From contig NC_090392.1 in NCBI RefSeq assembly GCF_036365525.1, forward strand, positions 61,443,247 through 61,507,246: DNA of 64,000 bases. The letters run 5' to 3'. Position 1 is the stretch's first letter. Every line of letters begins with the position of its first letter. Shown one piece after another: positions 37,281 through 50,424 of this stretch. This DNA is from Heterodontus francisci. Its lineage: Eukaryota. A model generated the notes under the pieces. That model searched no databases. It saw nothing but the letters and a program-made list of their open reading frames with translations, and was not told the origin of the DNA. Made by a program: the position numbers and the translations under genes.

Positions 37281-38360
37281 GGGCCGGATTTTGCGGTAGA
37301 AATAACAGAGGCGCTATCAGTGCTCACCGTTATTTATGTGGAAATCAGACAGCAGCTTTCAGCGACCACACATGGGCAGTTAAACACAGAATTCAGGAAG
37401 TTACTGTCTCAGATGCCCTGCTCTTCCAGAAGCAGCTCTATACTGGTATCTCAAGAGACTTGGCATAGAAACACATGAAACACCATGAGGTTGCTTTACT
37501 TACCTGATATATACAAACTAAACTCACCAGAAAATTTAGGGTTTGTTCTTTCCAGTGTAAGTACCTTTTTAATAGCCTGATAAGTCTTAATGACTGCCGA
37601 ATGACCTCTCCGGCACTGAAAATTAACTTTTGCATATTTGGAGTCTCATTCCTTAAGATTTTAGTTTAGTTTAGTTTAGAGATACAGCACTGAAACAGGC
37701 CCTTCGGCCCACCGAGTCTGTGCCGACCATCAACCACCCATTTATACTAATCCTACACGAATCCCATATTCCAATAACATCCCCACCGGTCCCTATATAT
37801 TTCCCTACCACCTACCTATACTAGGGGCAATTTATAATGGCCAATTAACCTATCAATCTGCAAGTCTTTGGCATGTGGGAGGAAACTGGAGCACCCGGAG
37901 GAAACCCACGCAGACACAGGGAGAACTTGCAAACTCCGCACAGGCAGTACCCAGAATCGAACCCGGGTCCCTGGAGCTGTGAGGCTGCAGTGCTAACCAC
38001 TGCGCCACTGTGCCGCCCATTTAATTGTTGATGATTTTTTTTTTTAAAAGTAAGTAATGTTATTACTTTTTTTTTCCCTTTTATCTCTCTCTTAATCCAA
38101 TCTTTCCCCCTCTCTATTTTTTTCTGTACCTGATGTGACATTGAATTCAATGTTCTCACACTTCCTGGTTCTGACTCTGCTGTTCATTCATGATTCTTCG
38201 ACCTAACAGTTACTTGTCCTGTTCACACAGTCTCCAGATGCTCCGGAGATGGTGCTGCACTTCCTGGACAGTTGGCTGACTGGAACTTCCAATGCAAATG
38301 CCCACAGAATGTCTATGGGCAAGGGCAACAAACATCATTGCTGATCGCCAAATCTGGCCC
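37281..38360. mobile_element. Harbinger-type MITE containing a V-SINE
   Basis: Termini gggccggatttt / aaatctggccc; collinear homology to 42645-43353. Confidence 0.7.
37660..38018 (-). mobile_element. Full-length HE1-like V-SINE
   Basis: gggcggcacagtggcgcagtgg (A box), gggttcgattc (B box), V-domain, CR1-type tail and (ctaaa)n terminus. Confidence 0.95.
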
Positions 38361-38689
38361 ATAATAAATAAAGGAAAATGTAAGGTGAGGCATTGATCTG
38401 TGACACTTTCTTTCCTACATGAGCCAACCATGTAGCATTTCTCGGGGCACGATTAACACCAAATTATGAATAATTTTGTGCTATGAATTCAACCTCACCT
38501 GGAGTTGGGATGAGCTTGAGCTGATTTCATTTAGGAACATTCATCCCGTTTCTGATTGTAAAAAGAGTTGTTTACATACTCCCTTGTGGTAAATTCCAGG
38601 GCTGCTTGACATTTGAGTCTGTCAGCTGCAGATGGCAAGCGTCAGCATTTATTGGCTTTTATTCTTGTGGAAGCCTCACAAAAACAAAA

Positions 38690-38838
38690 GAGGTAGTTAT
38701 AACCTGACCCACCAGGTGGGGAAATGGCAGTGTTAGTTTGACAGCCATTTTACACCCTGCTCATTTTTACTTTCCATGGAAAATGTGCAAAATAGGCAGC
38801 CAGTTCCCCCACCCTGCAGGTTAGGTTACAATTACCCC
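38690..38838. mobile_element. 149-bp hairpin MITE
   Basis: gaggtagttataacctgaccc...gtggggaaatggc versus the reverse complement of the right end, ggggtaattgtaacctaacct...gtgggggaactggc. A possible relative lies at about 19150-19300. Confidence 0.6.
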
Positions 38839-41634
38839 GTAAATGTTTCACCTTGACAAATTTACTGTGATGGATGAGTACAGGCTTATTGAATAAGGAA
38901 CCACGGAATGACACTTGGCTATTTTCAATCCACCAGTCCAGTGGGTGAGGTGGTCACTCATTACCTGAGCTGCATTGCTTTATCAGTAAATCGCTGATTG
39001 AAATTCCTGTAACGAGTTTGTACCACATGCTGGAATAAAAATACAAAATTAGCTGTAAACTTGTGTCCACTGGGAAGTGGGCTGTGACTGCTAGAAATAC
39101 GTTTATTGAAGACCCTTATCAGATAGTCACCTTATCAGTTGACTGGATTCAAATTCAGGTCCCACAGGCAAAGGACAGGAACCTAACAGACTACACTGCC
39201 CACCAAAATCATTTTTGAAGGAACAAAGAAGTTCTACATAGACTTCATTTGTGATATTAACTGACCAAAGTCCCAGTTGCTAAAGTCATGCAAAAAGCTG
39301 GCTTGTTAGCTCACAACCTAGCAAGAGAAGGCTGTTGGATGAACATTATATGGTTCGGCCTGGTCCATTCACACTTCCTAGTCAAGTATTCATCAGAACA
39401 TTATTGCCTTATACATCCTCCCTGAATACTCTTACTGAATAAGACTCCTCACCTCCCAACACTGCAAAAATAACGTAGCTTTGCTTGAAATATAATGCAA
39501 TGCAATGACTTTAGAAATATTCCACTAGTCATAACGAGGATTAAATTTTGAATCCTAAGCTTTTGATCTCGATATGTGATTTTTACCACTTAAGCTATCT
39601 GTGTCCTATACACCACCATATCTAATAAAATTCAAGAGCAAAGAGTGACTAAATATTAGTATACTTCTAAGTGTTTCAATCAGCAACTTTTGTAACAAAT
39701 AGAAAAATAAATTATGATTTTATATTTCTGGAATAAAGTGGAATACAAGCAACAGAAAAATATTTTTTTTTTCTCCAATATGTACAACTAGTGCTCTTCA
39801 GTCACTATGCAGCATAATGGATTATCTGCAAACACAGTCCAATGGTTGAAAAAGTGATCTCTGGGCACTACTTTTATGTGCCTGTCACTACCATTCTAAA
39901 TACTCAAGACTCTCCCTTTTTATCCAGTTCAATTCGGAATGGGAGCAGACAGTGCCTACTGTAATTTCAGCAAGTCTCTCTGCCATTACCTTGAAGAAAC
40001 TATAAATGTAAATAATATGAATGCATTGTTTTCTGCTGCTGTTTTTATATATTTTAATTGCTAGTTCCCCCATTTTAAAATATTCCTATCACCACCCCCC
40101 TCCCTGCCTTTTTAAGGCAGCTTCTTCCCCAACCGAGGTTGGGGAAGCAGCTTAACTGTTCCTTAGCTGTCCTCCAAAGTGACATCTCATAATTTTCAGC
40201 ATAATGTTGTCAAGGCAACATCCCCAGCCTGCTGCCAGTGAGTGAATTACTGACTGCCCTCGACAGTAAGGTCTTTGCACATGAAATATGTTTTTGCAAA
40301 AGTCTAAATTTGACACAAGAGGTGAGGTGGAAGGCAAGTTTGCTGACTAAAGGGCAGTTTCCCCAGGAAACATCTCGAGGGACAAATGCGAGCTTCCCTT
40401 CAGATTTACGATATTAGACATTTTTTTTTAAATAATGAAAAGCAAGCAGCACTGATTCTCCAAGCAATGTTCTCACACAATTCATGTTGAAGATAAGGGA
40501 GTTCTGAAATATGTTATCAAAGAACACATAACATTCAATTACTGTCCTTTCTGTGCAGTAATTCGATTATGATGCAAAGAAATCCCATGTGGTTATTACT
40601 GTCGTTGAGAAGCCGAATGGGATTCAAGGGCAAAATGACCTCAAAACTCCACGACATGCTGCATGAAGAAAGAAATATTAGATCTGATGTTTTTGTTTAA
40701 TAATCCCAAAACTTTAATTAATGTAAGTTAGTAACTTTGATTTAACAGAAATGACAATTGGGTGGTATCTGTAATGAAAGACCAATGCACAATGGCACTT
40801 TCACACCCAGGTGACCATCGAAAATCTACCCCAATATTGATCTCTGTCTGCCAGAGGATGAAAGTCCTCTTTCAAAGAAAAAACATGAATTCCCTGTTCC
40901 TTGTAATTAATGATCCACTGATAAATTCATGGGAATCACAGTCTTTTTAAGTGTAAGAATTTAGTTTTCTTAGTTTGTCATTAACTGTCATTAATTAGGA
41001 CTTTTTAAAAACAATATTCCCAGAATGGTGAAACTGATGTGAAATTGCATGAACTAGATACAGAAAATTGAGTAGGAATAGAAAGGGAGATCTGGTAATA
41101 TCGAAGAGCCTTTGGTTAAACTAACGCTTTGTAGAATTTCAGCATGATTTCATTGGATTTGTAGTCTGGATACACTTCTGGATAAAGCCAAAGATTTTTT
41201 TGAGAGGGAAAGGTGGGATTAATAAGGAAACAGTGCAGCATAGGGAACTGAATGACAAAGTAGGGGTGTGAGAAAGAAGGAGGTACTGGTAAGAGAGTCT
41301 GATGAAATGTGCCTTGACAGATGCTGCCAAAACAATGTGGATTGTTTTTATTATTTATAGATTTATTATTATTTTATAGATTTTCTGGACTGCAAGAGTG
41401 CATAACCAGGTAATGTTTTGCAAATCAGAGAGATGTATAAAAAGGGCAGAACATTAATCTTGGGAATTTCAATTACTTAGATATTGACTGGGAAAACAGA
41501 GAATAAGCTAAGGGGCAGTGTTTGCTTCTAGGGGAAACAAAGCATTGGTTTCTTACTCTATTGAACAGCCTATACAGTCAGAAGCTATTCTGCATCAAAT
41601 ATTTAATAATGATACAGTTATAGTATAGGACACA

Positions 41635-42525
41635 ATAACACAAGAAATGGGAGCAGAAGTAGACCATATGGCAGGAAGATGGTGAGAGATTGCAGAGCTC
41701 TGAGATGCAAAGGGTGTCCTAGCGCATGAATCACAAAAGGTTAGTATGCAGGTACAGCAAGTAATTAGGAAAGCTAATAGACTGTTATCATTTATTGCAA
41801 GGGGAACTGAATACAAAAACAGGTGGTTATGCTTCAACTATACAGGGCATTGGGGAGACCACATCTGGAGTATTGTGTACGGTATTGGTCTTCTTATTTA
41901 AGGAAGGATGTAAATGCGTTGGAAGCATTTCAGAGAAGGTTTACTAGACTAATACCTGGAATGGGTGGGTTGTCTTATGAGGAAAGGTTGGACAGGCTAG
42001 ACTTGTATCTGCTGCAATTTAGAAGAGGAAGAGGTGACTTGACTGAAACATATAAGATCCTGAGGGGTCTTGACAGGGTGGATGTGGAATGGATGTTTCC
42101 CCTTGTGGGAGAATCTTTATCCTTTATCCTGAGACTGTGTCCCTGTGTTCTAGATTCCCCAACCAGCAGAAACAATCTCTCAACGTCTCCCCTATCAAGC
42201 CCTTTAAGAATCTTGTATATTTCAATTAGATCGCCTCTCATTCTTCTAAACTCCAGAGAATATAGGCCCAGTTTACTCAGCCTCTCATCATAGGGCAACC
42301 CCCTCATCCCAGGGACCAATTTAGTACATCTTCACTGCACTCCTCCAGTGCCAGTATATCTTTTCTTAAATGTGGAGACCAAAACTGCACACAGTATTCC
42401 ATGTGCGGTCTCACCAAAGCCCTGTACAATTTTAGTAAGACTTCTTTATTCCTGTACTCCAATCCCTTTGCAGTAAAGGCCAACATGTCATTTGCCTTCC
42501 TAATAGCCTGCTGCACCTCCATGTG
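41635..42525. mobile_element. Two CR1 fragments in opposite orientation (plus about 41680-42115; minus about 42116-42525 with its tail at about 41635-41672)
   Basis: ORFs 41823+ (LYRALGRPHLEYC) and 42522-/42319- (LYRALVRPHMEYC, RGDLIEIYKI). Confidence 0.9.
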
Positions 42526-42644
42526 TGCTCCTTGTACGAGTAAATAGAAGGTAATAGAAGGTAGAAGTAAGGGAGCACCTAGGATCCAGTAATCATAATA
42601 TAACTTGAGCTGAAATGCTTGCGAGGATATTCAAAAAGAACAAC

Positions 42645-43353
42645 GACCCAGATTTTGCATTAAGAATAAAGTTGAGGCTAACAGCAACTCACCATTATTA
42701 TGCAGTAAATCGGCTAATAATTTCTGGAGTCTGCACATGAGCAATTAAATGCAGAAATCCGGAAAGTGCTGTCCAAGTTACTCTGCTCCTCCACAGGTTG
42801 CACTATAACAGTATGGTGCCAATAGACTCAGCATATAAATCAATGTAAGGGTGTGAAGTTATGGTAATTAGCCACTAAAGATGCCAGAAAATGTTAGGTC
42901 TGGTACATTCAGGTATAAATGAATTTTTAACAGTGTGATCAGTCAAAGTTACTGCCAAACCTCTCTGTACTGAAAATGTAATCTTACAAGTGTGGAATCA
43001 CATTCTTTCAGAACGTAATTAGTTCTGAACATTTAAAAAAAAAATCTTTTTCTTTTACTTTTTCTTTCTGTCTCTTTTATCCCCTTCTCTTAATTCCATC
43101 TTTCATTCCCTCTCTGGACTTAGGCTCTGTGTGCCTCAGTGAGGATTCTTCAATCTGATTGCTTGAAGAGCCTTGCTGTTGCTTGTCCTGTTTATACCCA
43201 CTATAGATCCCCTGTAGAGTGCACTGCATTGGACCAGATGCCAGGTTCGAGTAGTTTTCCACTCAAAAGCCCATGAAAACTTTGTGGGCAGCTGTCAGTG
43301 CAGTGAACAGCGAACGCTATCCCTTCATCCCTTCATGACTGCAAAATCCAGGC
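42645..43353. mobile_element. MITE, family of 37281-38360
   Basis: Termini gacccagattttgca / tgcaaaatccaggc and shared internal blocks. Confidence 0.65.
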
Positions 43354-44008
43354 TCTTAACACAAAAATGAGCAGACTTCAGAGGAACATAAAATGAGTTT
43401 TTAAAAAAGTGAACTGGAACACAACAATAGTTGAAAGATCTATAGTAGAAAAGTAAATGTAGAAAAGGCTAAATTAGTTGTGGCTAAATAAAAACAAGTG
43501 AAAGGGCAGTGCATGGCAATGTGGTGGTGTAGAAATGTAAAGAATAGGATTGGTGATAAGCAGAAGGCTTTCAAAATGTACAATAAGAATTGGATAAATT
43601 ATAAAAAAAAGTTGAGAAATGCAGTCAGGGAAATCCAAAGAAACAGTGACAGTGAAGAATTACTCAAACATTTTCACAATAAAGAAAGGAACACGTAAAA
43701 ATTATAGGGAGAAGCTGGTATCAACAATTAAAATAACAGTTGAGTTGTTTCACATCTTTTATTCAGGAAGAGGAGGGAAACTTGCCTGATGAATATTGGC
43801 ATAAACTTTACAATTTATTGCTCCTGGCACGAAGCCTCATGCAACATGTGTGCAATTCACAAATATGGTGGTGAAGCTCAGCAGACTTCATGCACCTGAA
43901 GTCCTGAATTGTGCTTCCATTATGTGAAGTCCAATGCTAGAAACACTAAATAGTAAAATTTACTCCACTGTGTGTAATTCTGGTCACCCAATTATAAGAA
44001 AGATATTA

Positions 44009-44287
44009 ATATAAAAGCAAAATACTGCGGATGCTGGAAATCTGAAACAAAAACAAGAAATGCTGGATTCACTCAGCAGGTCTGGCAGCATCTGTGGAGA
44101 AAGGAAGAGTTGACATTTCAAGTTGGATATGACTTCTTCAGAACTGAAGGAAGGTGGAAGGGTTTTATGCCATTGAAAGGGGGAGGGGGAGGGAAGAGAA
44201 CAAAAGGGAAGGTCTGTGAAGGAGTTCCGAAGAAGGGTCACTGACCCGAAACGTTAACTCTGCTTCTCTTTCCACAGATGCTGCCAG
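44009..44287. mobile_element. Short chimeric Penelope-like insertion within an old CR1 remnant
   Basis: 15-bp TSD ataagaaagatatta (43994-44008 / 44288-44302); Penelope terminal sequence in two orientations; host sequence reads FWSPNYKKDITSLE. Confidence 0.85.
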
Positions 44288-46158
44288 ATAAGAAAGATAT
44301 TACTTCCCTTGAGCCATAGAGAGATGAAGGATAAAGTTGGTTCTAGATGTCAAAAAGTTTTCTTTGGAAGAAAAGGGAGATCTGAAGGGAATCCAATTGA
44401 AGTTTTGCAGATTCTGATTGGAATCGACAAAAACTGATCCAATTAAATTATTCATTATAGTAAATGGCTCAAAAACTGACATAAGTAGGAGGCATATAGG
44501 GGTAAGGAAGGGAAATAAAAACAAAGTGCTGGAGATACTCAGCAGGTCTGGCAGCATCTGTGGAGAAAGGAAGAGTTGACATTTCAAGTTGGATATGACT
44601 TCTTCAGAACTGAAGGAAGATGGAAGGGTTTTATGCCATTGAAAGGGGGAGGGGGAGGGAAGAGAACAAAAGGGAAGGTCTGTGAAGGCGGGAGATATTA
44701 AATGACAAAGATGTTATGGAACAAAGGACAAAGGGAGTGTTAATAGTTGTCGTGAAAGACCAAGCATTTGTTCAGAGAGAATAAAGAACAGCTCTGTCCA
44801 AAAGCAAAAACATGAAAAATAAGTTTAAGACTGGTACATGGTTAAAAAAAACAATCGAAATGGGGGTCATGGTCCGAAATTGTTGAATTCAATGTTGAGT
44901 TCTGAAGGCTGTAAAAGTACCTAATCGGAAGATGAGGTACTGTTCCTCAAGCTTGCATTGAGCTTCACTGCAGTGGGCTGAGACAGAAATATGGGTGTCA
45001 GAGCAAGGTAGTGAATTAAAATGGCAAGGAACCGGAAGCTTGGGGTCATGCTTGCAGATTGAGCGGAGGTGTTCTGCAAAGCTGTCACCCAATCTGCATT
45101 TGGACTCCCCAATGTAGAGCAGGCTGCATTGTCAGCAGCAAATACAGTATACTAAATTCAAAGAAGTACAAGTAAATTGCTGCTTCACTTGGAAGGAGTG
45201 TTTAGGGCCTTGGATGGTGAGGAGAGAGGAGGTAAAAGGAAAGGTGTTACAACTCCTGCGACTACATGGAAAGGTGCCATGGAAAGGGAATGAGGTGTCA
45301 GGGTGATGGAGGAGTGGACCAGGGTGTCACAAAGGGAACGGTCCTTTCGGAATGCTGCCATGGGAGGGGAGGGGAAGATGTGTTTGATGCTGGCATCATG
45401 TTGGAGGTGGCAGAAATGGCAAAGGATGATCCTTTGGATGTGGAGGCTGGTGGAGTGGAAAGTGAGGTCAAGGGGAACCCTATCATGGTTCTGGGAGGGA
45501 GGGAAAGGGGTAAGAGCAGAAATGCGGGAAATGTGTGAAATACAGTCGAAGGCCCTATCAACCACAGTGGGTGTGGGTGGGTGGGCGATCCTCAGTTGAG
45601 GAAAAAAGAAGACTTAGCAGAAGTGCTATAGTGGAAGATTGTGTCATCAGAACAGATGCAATGGAGACGGAGAGACTGGGTGAATGGAATGGAGTCCTTA
45701 CAAGAGGCAGGGTATGAGGAAGTATTGTCGAGGTATCTGTGGGAGTCAGTGGGCTTCTAATGAATATTAGTAGACAACCTCTCCCCAAAAATAGAGACAG
45801 AGAAGATGAGGAAGGGAAGGGAAGTGTCAGCGATGGACCACATGAAAGTAAGAGAAGGGTGGAAATTGGAAACAAAGTTGATGAAGTTTTCCAGTTCCGG
45901 ATGAGAGTAGGAAATGGCACCGATAGTTATCAATGTACCCGAAAAAAAGAGTTGGAGGAAGGGGCCTGAGTAGGATTGGAACAAGGCATGTTCAATATAC
46001 CCCACAAAAAGACAGGGATAACTAGAACCCATGTGGGTACCCATAGCAACACCTTTTATTTGGAGGAAGTAAGTGAAGTTGAAGGAGAAGTTATTCAATG
46101 TGAGAACAAGTTCATCCAGGTGGAGGAGGGTGGTAGTGGATGGGCTCTGGTTCGGCCT

Positions 46159-46493
46159 TGTTACGCCAATATGCTTTGGTGAATGATCATTTTCTTTAAT
46201 CCAATGACTGGCGATCTGAATTTATATTTTTTTTAAAGACATCTTTAAAAGACCAGCGTGTTGTTTGCTATTTTTATTAGTTCAGTTGAGGGACAATGAA
46301 GTTAACCTCTTTCTTTGTTAACTCAAGAAAACCTGTCCGATTGGTTCTTGTTATGATCATATCAAGTAAGTAATCAAACACCTATTGAATTAACCAGTAT
46401 ATCCATTTTAAGAAAGAGTTTAAATCTGCTGTGGTCTAACAAGGAGAGGGAAAAGAAGGAAACCCTTCGACCCCTCCTCACTTGACCATAACA
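46159..46493. mobile_element. Solo LTR (335 bp) inserted in the Penelope RT region
   Basis: tgttacg...cataaca inverted termini and 4-bp TSD gcct (46155-46158 / 46494-46497); Penelope coding sequence resumes on both sides. Confidence 0.8.
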
Positions 46494-48048
46494 GCCTCTG
46501 TTCAAGGAAGAAGTGGAGAGCCCTCAGACCATCCAGAGGGGGATGGAGGTGTAGAGAAATTGGACGTCCATTGTGAAAAGGAGGCGGCTAGGGTCAGAAA
46601 ACTGGCAATTGTTGAAATGACACAGGGCTTCAGAAGAGTCATGGTTGTAGGTGGGAAGTTACTGGACACAGGACAAAAGAATAGAGTCAAGATAAGAAGA
46701 AATAAGTTCAGTGGGGCAGGAACAGGCTGAAAAGATGGGTCTACCAGAACAGTCCAGTTTGTGAATTTTGGGAAGGAGGTAGAAGCGGGCTGTTTGGGGT
46801 TGCAGATTATAAGGTGGGAAGGTCTCCAGAGGAGATGAGGTCAATGACAGTCCTGGAGACAGTGGCTTGATGTTCGCTGGTGGGGTCATGGTCCAGGGGA
46901 GGTAAGAAGAAGTGCCTGAGAGTTGGTGCTCAGCCTCTGCAAAGTAGATGTCGGTATGCCAGACAACAACAGCACTACCCTTGTCAGCAGGTTTGATCAC
47001 AATGTCAGGGTTATACCTGAGAGAACGGAGTGAAGCAAGTTTACAGGGTGACAGGTTAGAGTGAGCGAGGGGAGCCGAGAAATTAAGACGGCGGATGTCA
47101 TGCTGACAGTTCTCAATGAAAAGATCAAGAGCAGGTAAGAGACCAGAGGGAGGGGTCCAGGTGGAGGGAGAATACTGGAGGCAGGTGAATGGGTCTGCTG
47201 GTTGGGGGAGGACTCCTGGCCAAAGAAGTGAGGCTGGAGGTGAAGGCAATGGAAGAAGAGCTCAACGTTGTGCCAAGTGCGAAATTGATTGAGGTGAGCA
47301 TGTAAGAGTCCTTTGCTAAGTATAGTTCGTTCAGTGTCAGAGAGCAGAAGGCCAGAGGGTATTGTGAATACACAGTAAGGTGAGATTAGAAGCAGGGATA
47401 GATCAGAGGGAAGTGAAGGAGAAGAAAGATCTGGAGGGGCATTGGTACCCATGAGTTGTTGGAGCTTGCATTCCTTAACACCAAAAAGTTTTTTGTTAAA
47501 GCTTCAGATAAGATGAATGATGTAATGAAACTGTGGAGGAGGACAGCTTTGAGATAGGGTGAGTCGGTGCTGCTGGAGAGAGAGGTCGAGTGTGTACATG
47601 TGCCAGTGCATGGCACTGAGTGTGGATCTCAGGATGCAGCGAGAACAGCAGTCCTAGCAACATTGTATGTCTCGGGATACCTATAATCCTGGGTGGATTC
47701 AAAACATGAAGGATGAAACTTCAATTGGAATCCACATGGAATAAGTAAGAGCCAGAGACAATCACTGAGGAAGGAGATATGGCTGTGAAAACGAGTTTTG
47801 GTAGACACCTTGTCGAACACCAGGATGGAAATGGAAAACAATGAAGGTGAACAAGGTAAAAGAGACAAACTGAAATCCCATCGGAGAAAAGAGCAGAACT
47901 TCAAGGTAGGCATTCCTGGAAGAGAAGTGGCAGTGAATTAAACACCAAAATAAAAGCAAAATACTGTGGATACTGGAAATCTGAAATTAAAACAGAAAAT
48001 GCTGGAAATATTCAGCAGGTCTGGCAGCATCTGTGGAGAGAGAAGCAG

Positions 48049-48088
48049 AGTTGACGTTTCGAGTTGGATATGACTCTTCTTCAGAACT
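48049..48088 (-). ncRNA. Minimal type I hammerhead ribozyme motif in the Penelope terminal repeat
   Basis: Minus strand: agtt-CTGAAGA-a-gagt catatcca actc-GAAA-cGTC-aact. Intact core, helix I agtt/aact, helix II gagt/actc, palindromic ACGT helix III, GUC cleavage triplet. Confidence 0.75.
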
Positions 48089-48779
48089 GAAGAAAGGTAG
48101 AAATGTGATGGGTTTTATGCCATTGAAAGGGGGGAGTTTGGCGGAACCCTTTCATCCTAAGAATTATAGCATTCTAAGATCAATTACCATGTAAGGCTAT
48201 TAAAGTGACCAGTCTAAGTTAGGCTGAGAATTAGGTGCAGCTCTGGATGCAGAAGGAATTGAGTGATACAGTGATTAGACAAGTTGATCTCTGAAAAAGG
48301 CAGGAGATTGCTGAGCCTAGTGGTCATTTTGTCTTCCAAACAATTCTTCAGCTTGTGGTTATGAAATGAATTCTTCCTGTAAATGCACCAGTGGGATCAT
48401 CTAATGCATAAAAATCATGACCCGTGCTGCTGAATTAACATATTTTACTTTCCCTACATTAGTGTTAGTTTAAAGAAGAACTAAGATAATTTCTCAGAAT
48501 CCAATTCTGCCTTTTATATTTCCCAAGTGGTACACATTGACTCCTCATTTTGTATAAAATGTTCCGTGAATGTTATTTGTGTACAGCTAGTCAGCATGCA
48601 CTGACTGTTCCAACATCCATCAAAACTTAGTCCACTGCAGTATATTGCTATATTATCCCTGCATGGCATGTACACGCCTGCCCCTCCATGGTGCTACTTT
48701 GATTAGATAAAACCAATTATATGTGGGAAATATAAGCTGGCCTATGTAGCTGAGAAAAAAATATTAAAAGGAGTCAGAC

Positions 48780-49330
48780 AGGAATATAGGAACAGGAATA
48801 GACCATGTTGCCCTCGAGCCTATTTCACCATTCAATTAGATCATGGCTGATCTATCTCAACTAATTGTACTCGTCTTTGTTCCGTACCCCTCAATACCCA
48901 ATAAAAAATGATTGATCCAAGTCTTGAAAACTTCAGTTGAAGCATTCACAGCCTTTTGGCAGAGTGAGTTCCAAATTTCCACTACCCTTTGTAAGAAATG
49001 CACTTCCTGATGTCACTCCTGATTGGCTTTTAATTTTTAAGATCATGCCTTCTTGTTATGGATTTCCCACCAGTGGAAATAGTTACTCTGTATCTACCTT
49101 ACTGAATTCCTTAATCATGTTAAGTCCCTTGATTAGATTACCCCTCAACTTCTCTGAACTCAACAGAGTACAAGCCCAGTTTATGGAACCTGTCCTCATA
49201 ATTTAACTTAAAACCTTGGTATTATTCTGGTGAATCTGTGCTGTACCTCTTCCAACACCAATTCCTTTAGCTTGTATTTGCTTGAGTTCAGAAGGCTGAG
49301 TTGTGCACTAATTAAGATCATAACATCCTG
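48780..49330 (-). mobile_element. Old CR1 3' remnant
   Basis: LEEVQHRFTRIIPR motif and a typical 3' UTR (rc of aggaatagaccatgttgccctcgagcc...ttcaattagatcatggctgat). Confidence 0.8.
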
Positions 49331-50424
49331 TATTTTTAGCACATTACACTGTGTGTTTATTATAAACAATTTCCATTTCAGAACTCCTCCATTTAGCAAG
49401 CTGTCTGCATATTGAATAAGAAATGCCAAGCACCTCGAAAAAAGTGTCTTCTATACTTCATTCCCTAATTCCCACATCAACAAATACATTCTAAAGCTTT
49501 ACCATGCAGCAGAATCATTCTGCTAAACAACAACTATCTTAATATCCTACAGTTTATTTCCTTTATACATTTTTTAGGCTAATTTCACTTTCATTTTCCT
49601 CTACTATTCTTCAAAGTATACTAGACTTCTGAGCTGCATGCATTGTTAATAAAGCATCTGTAAAAATGAGTCTCAGTACATAAAGATTTTCGCTACAAAG
49701 AGAAAATGTCCCTATCCAACATTTGTGAGGCAGATTCCACACTAATTTTGCACTACTACAAATATATCTCTCATATTTATCAATTTCAATATTTTTTCTG
49801 AATAAACATTTTTTCTTTAAAAATGTTTCCACACCAAGCCAAAAAAATTAAATACAGAGCAGGAAATCATTATTCAAGTACATTTGCACTTGTCTTTTGA
49901 CACTGGGGATGATTACATTTAAATGATATGACAAAAAAACTTGTCTCCTGGTTTAAATTATGCAAAGGTTTCTGAAAAATACTGCAGAATGTCATGAATG
50001 GAGTACACTTGCAATCCAGTATTCACTGACAAGTATATCATTCATACCATACACATTGATGTTAAAGAAATCTCAGATTGCGCTGTTTAGATATTAAAAG
50101 GTGCTGTCTATAGCATAACAGCAGTGTGAACCAAAATAAAGATGGGAGTCATAGTCCCACACATACAAATCACTGGAGGCTATTTATTGGATATCCCACC
50201 TGAGACATTGAGTTATAGCAGTTCTTTCACAATTGGGCCACTCCCATGAACTCATGAGCATGTCATTCATATCTCTCCTTGACATATTGAAAGTATTCCC
50301 ATCCAGCATCAACCATTATTCCAAGGGTGATTAATTTTACATTGTAAATGGGCCTTTGCAGTGTAACTCACAAATCATGAGATTTGGTCATAATTGATTA
50401 AAGAACATTATCTTATTTCATTAT

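Larger units (their letters stand above)
44515..48135 (-). mobile_element. Penelope-like retroelement (RT + GIY-YIG), decayed, with terminal direct repeats
   Basis: IVIKPADKG, ARFYLLPKIHK...GRPI, FLQIKGVAMGTHMG, and the YIGES...RLGDSFAEHLRS...HFN endonuclease end. Direct repeats at about 44515-44690 and 47948-48135. Confidence 0.92.

Noticed and set aside
37940-38018. tRNA gene
   Set aside because: A and B boxes belong to the tRNA-derived head of a V-SINE; no full cloverleaf. The same applies at about 700-785, 24960-25018 and 29700-29760.
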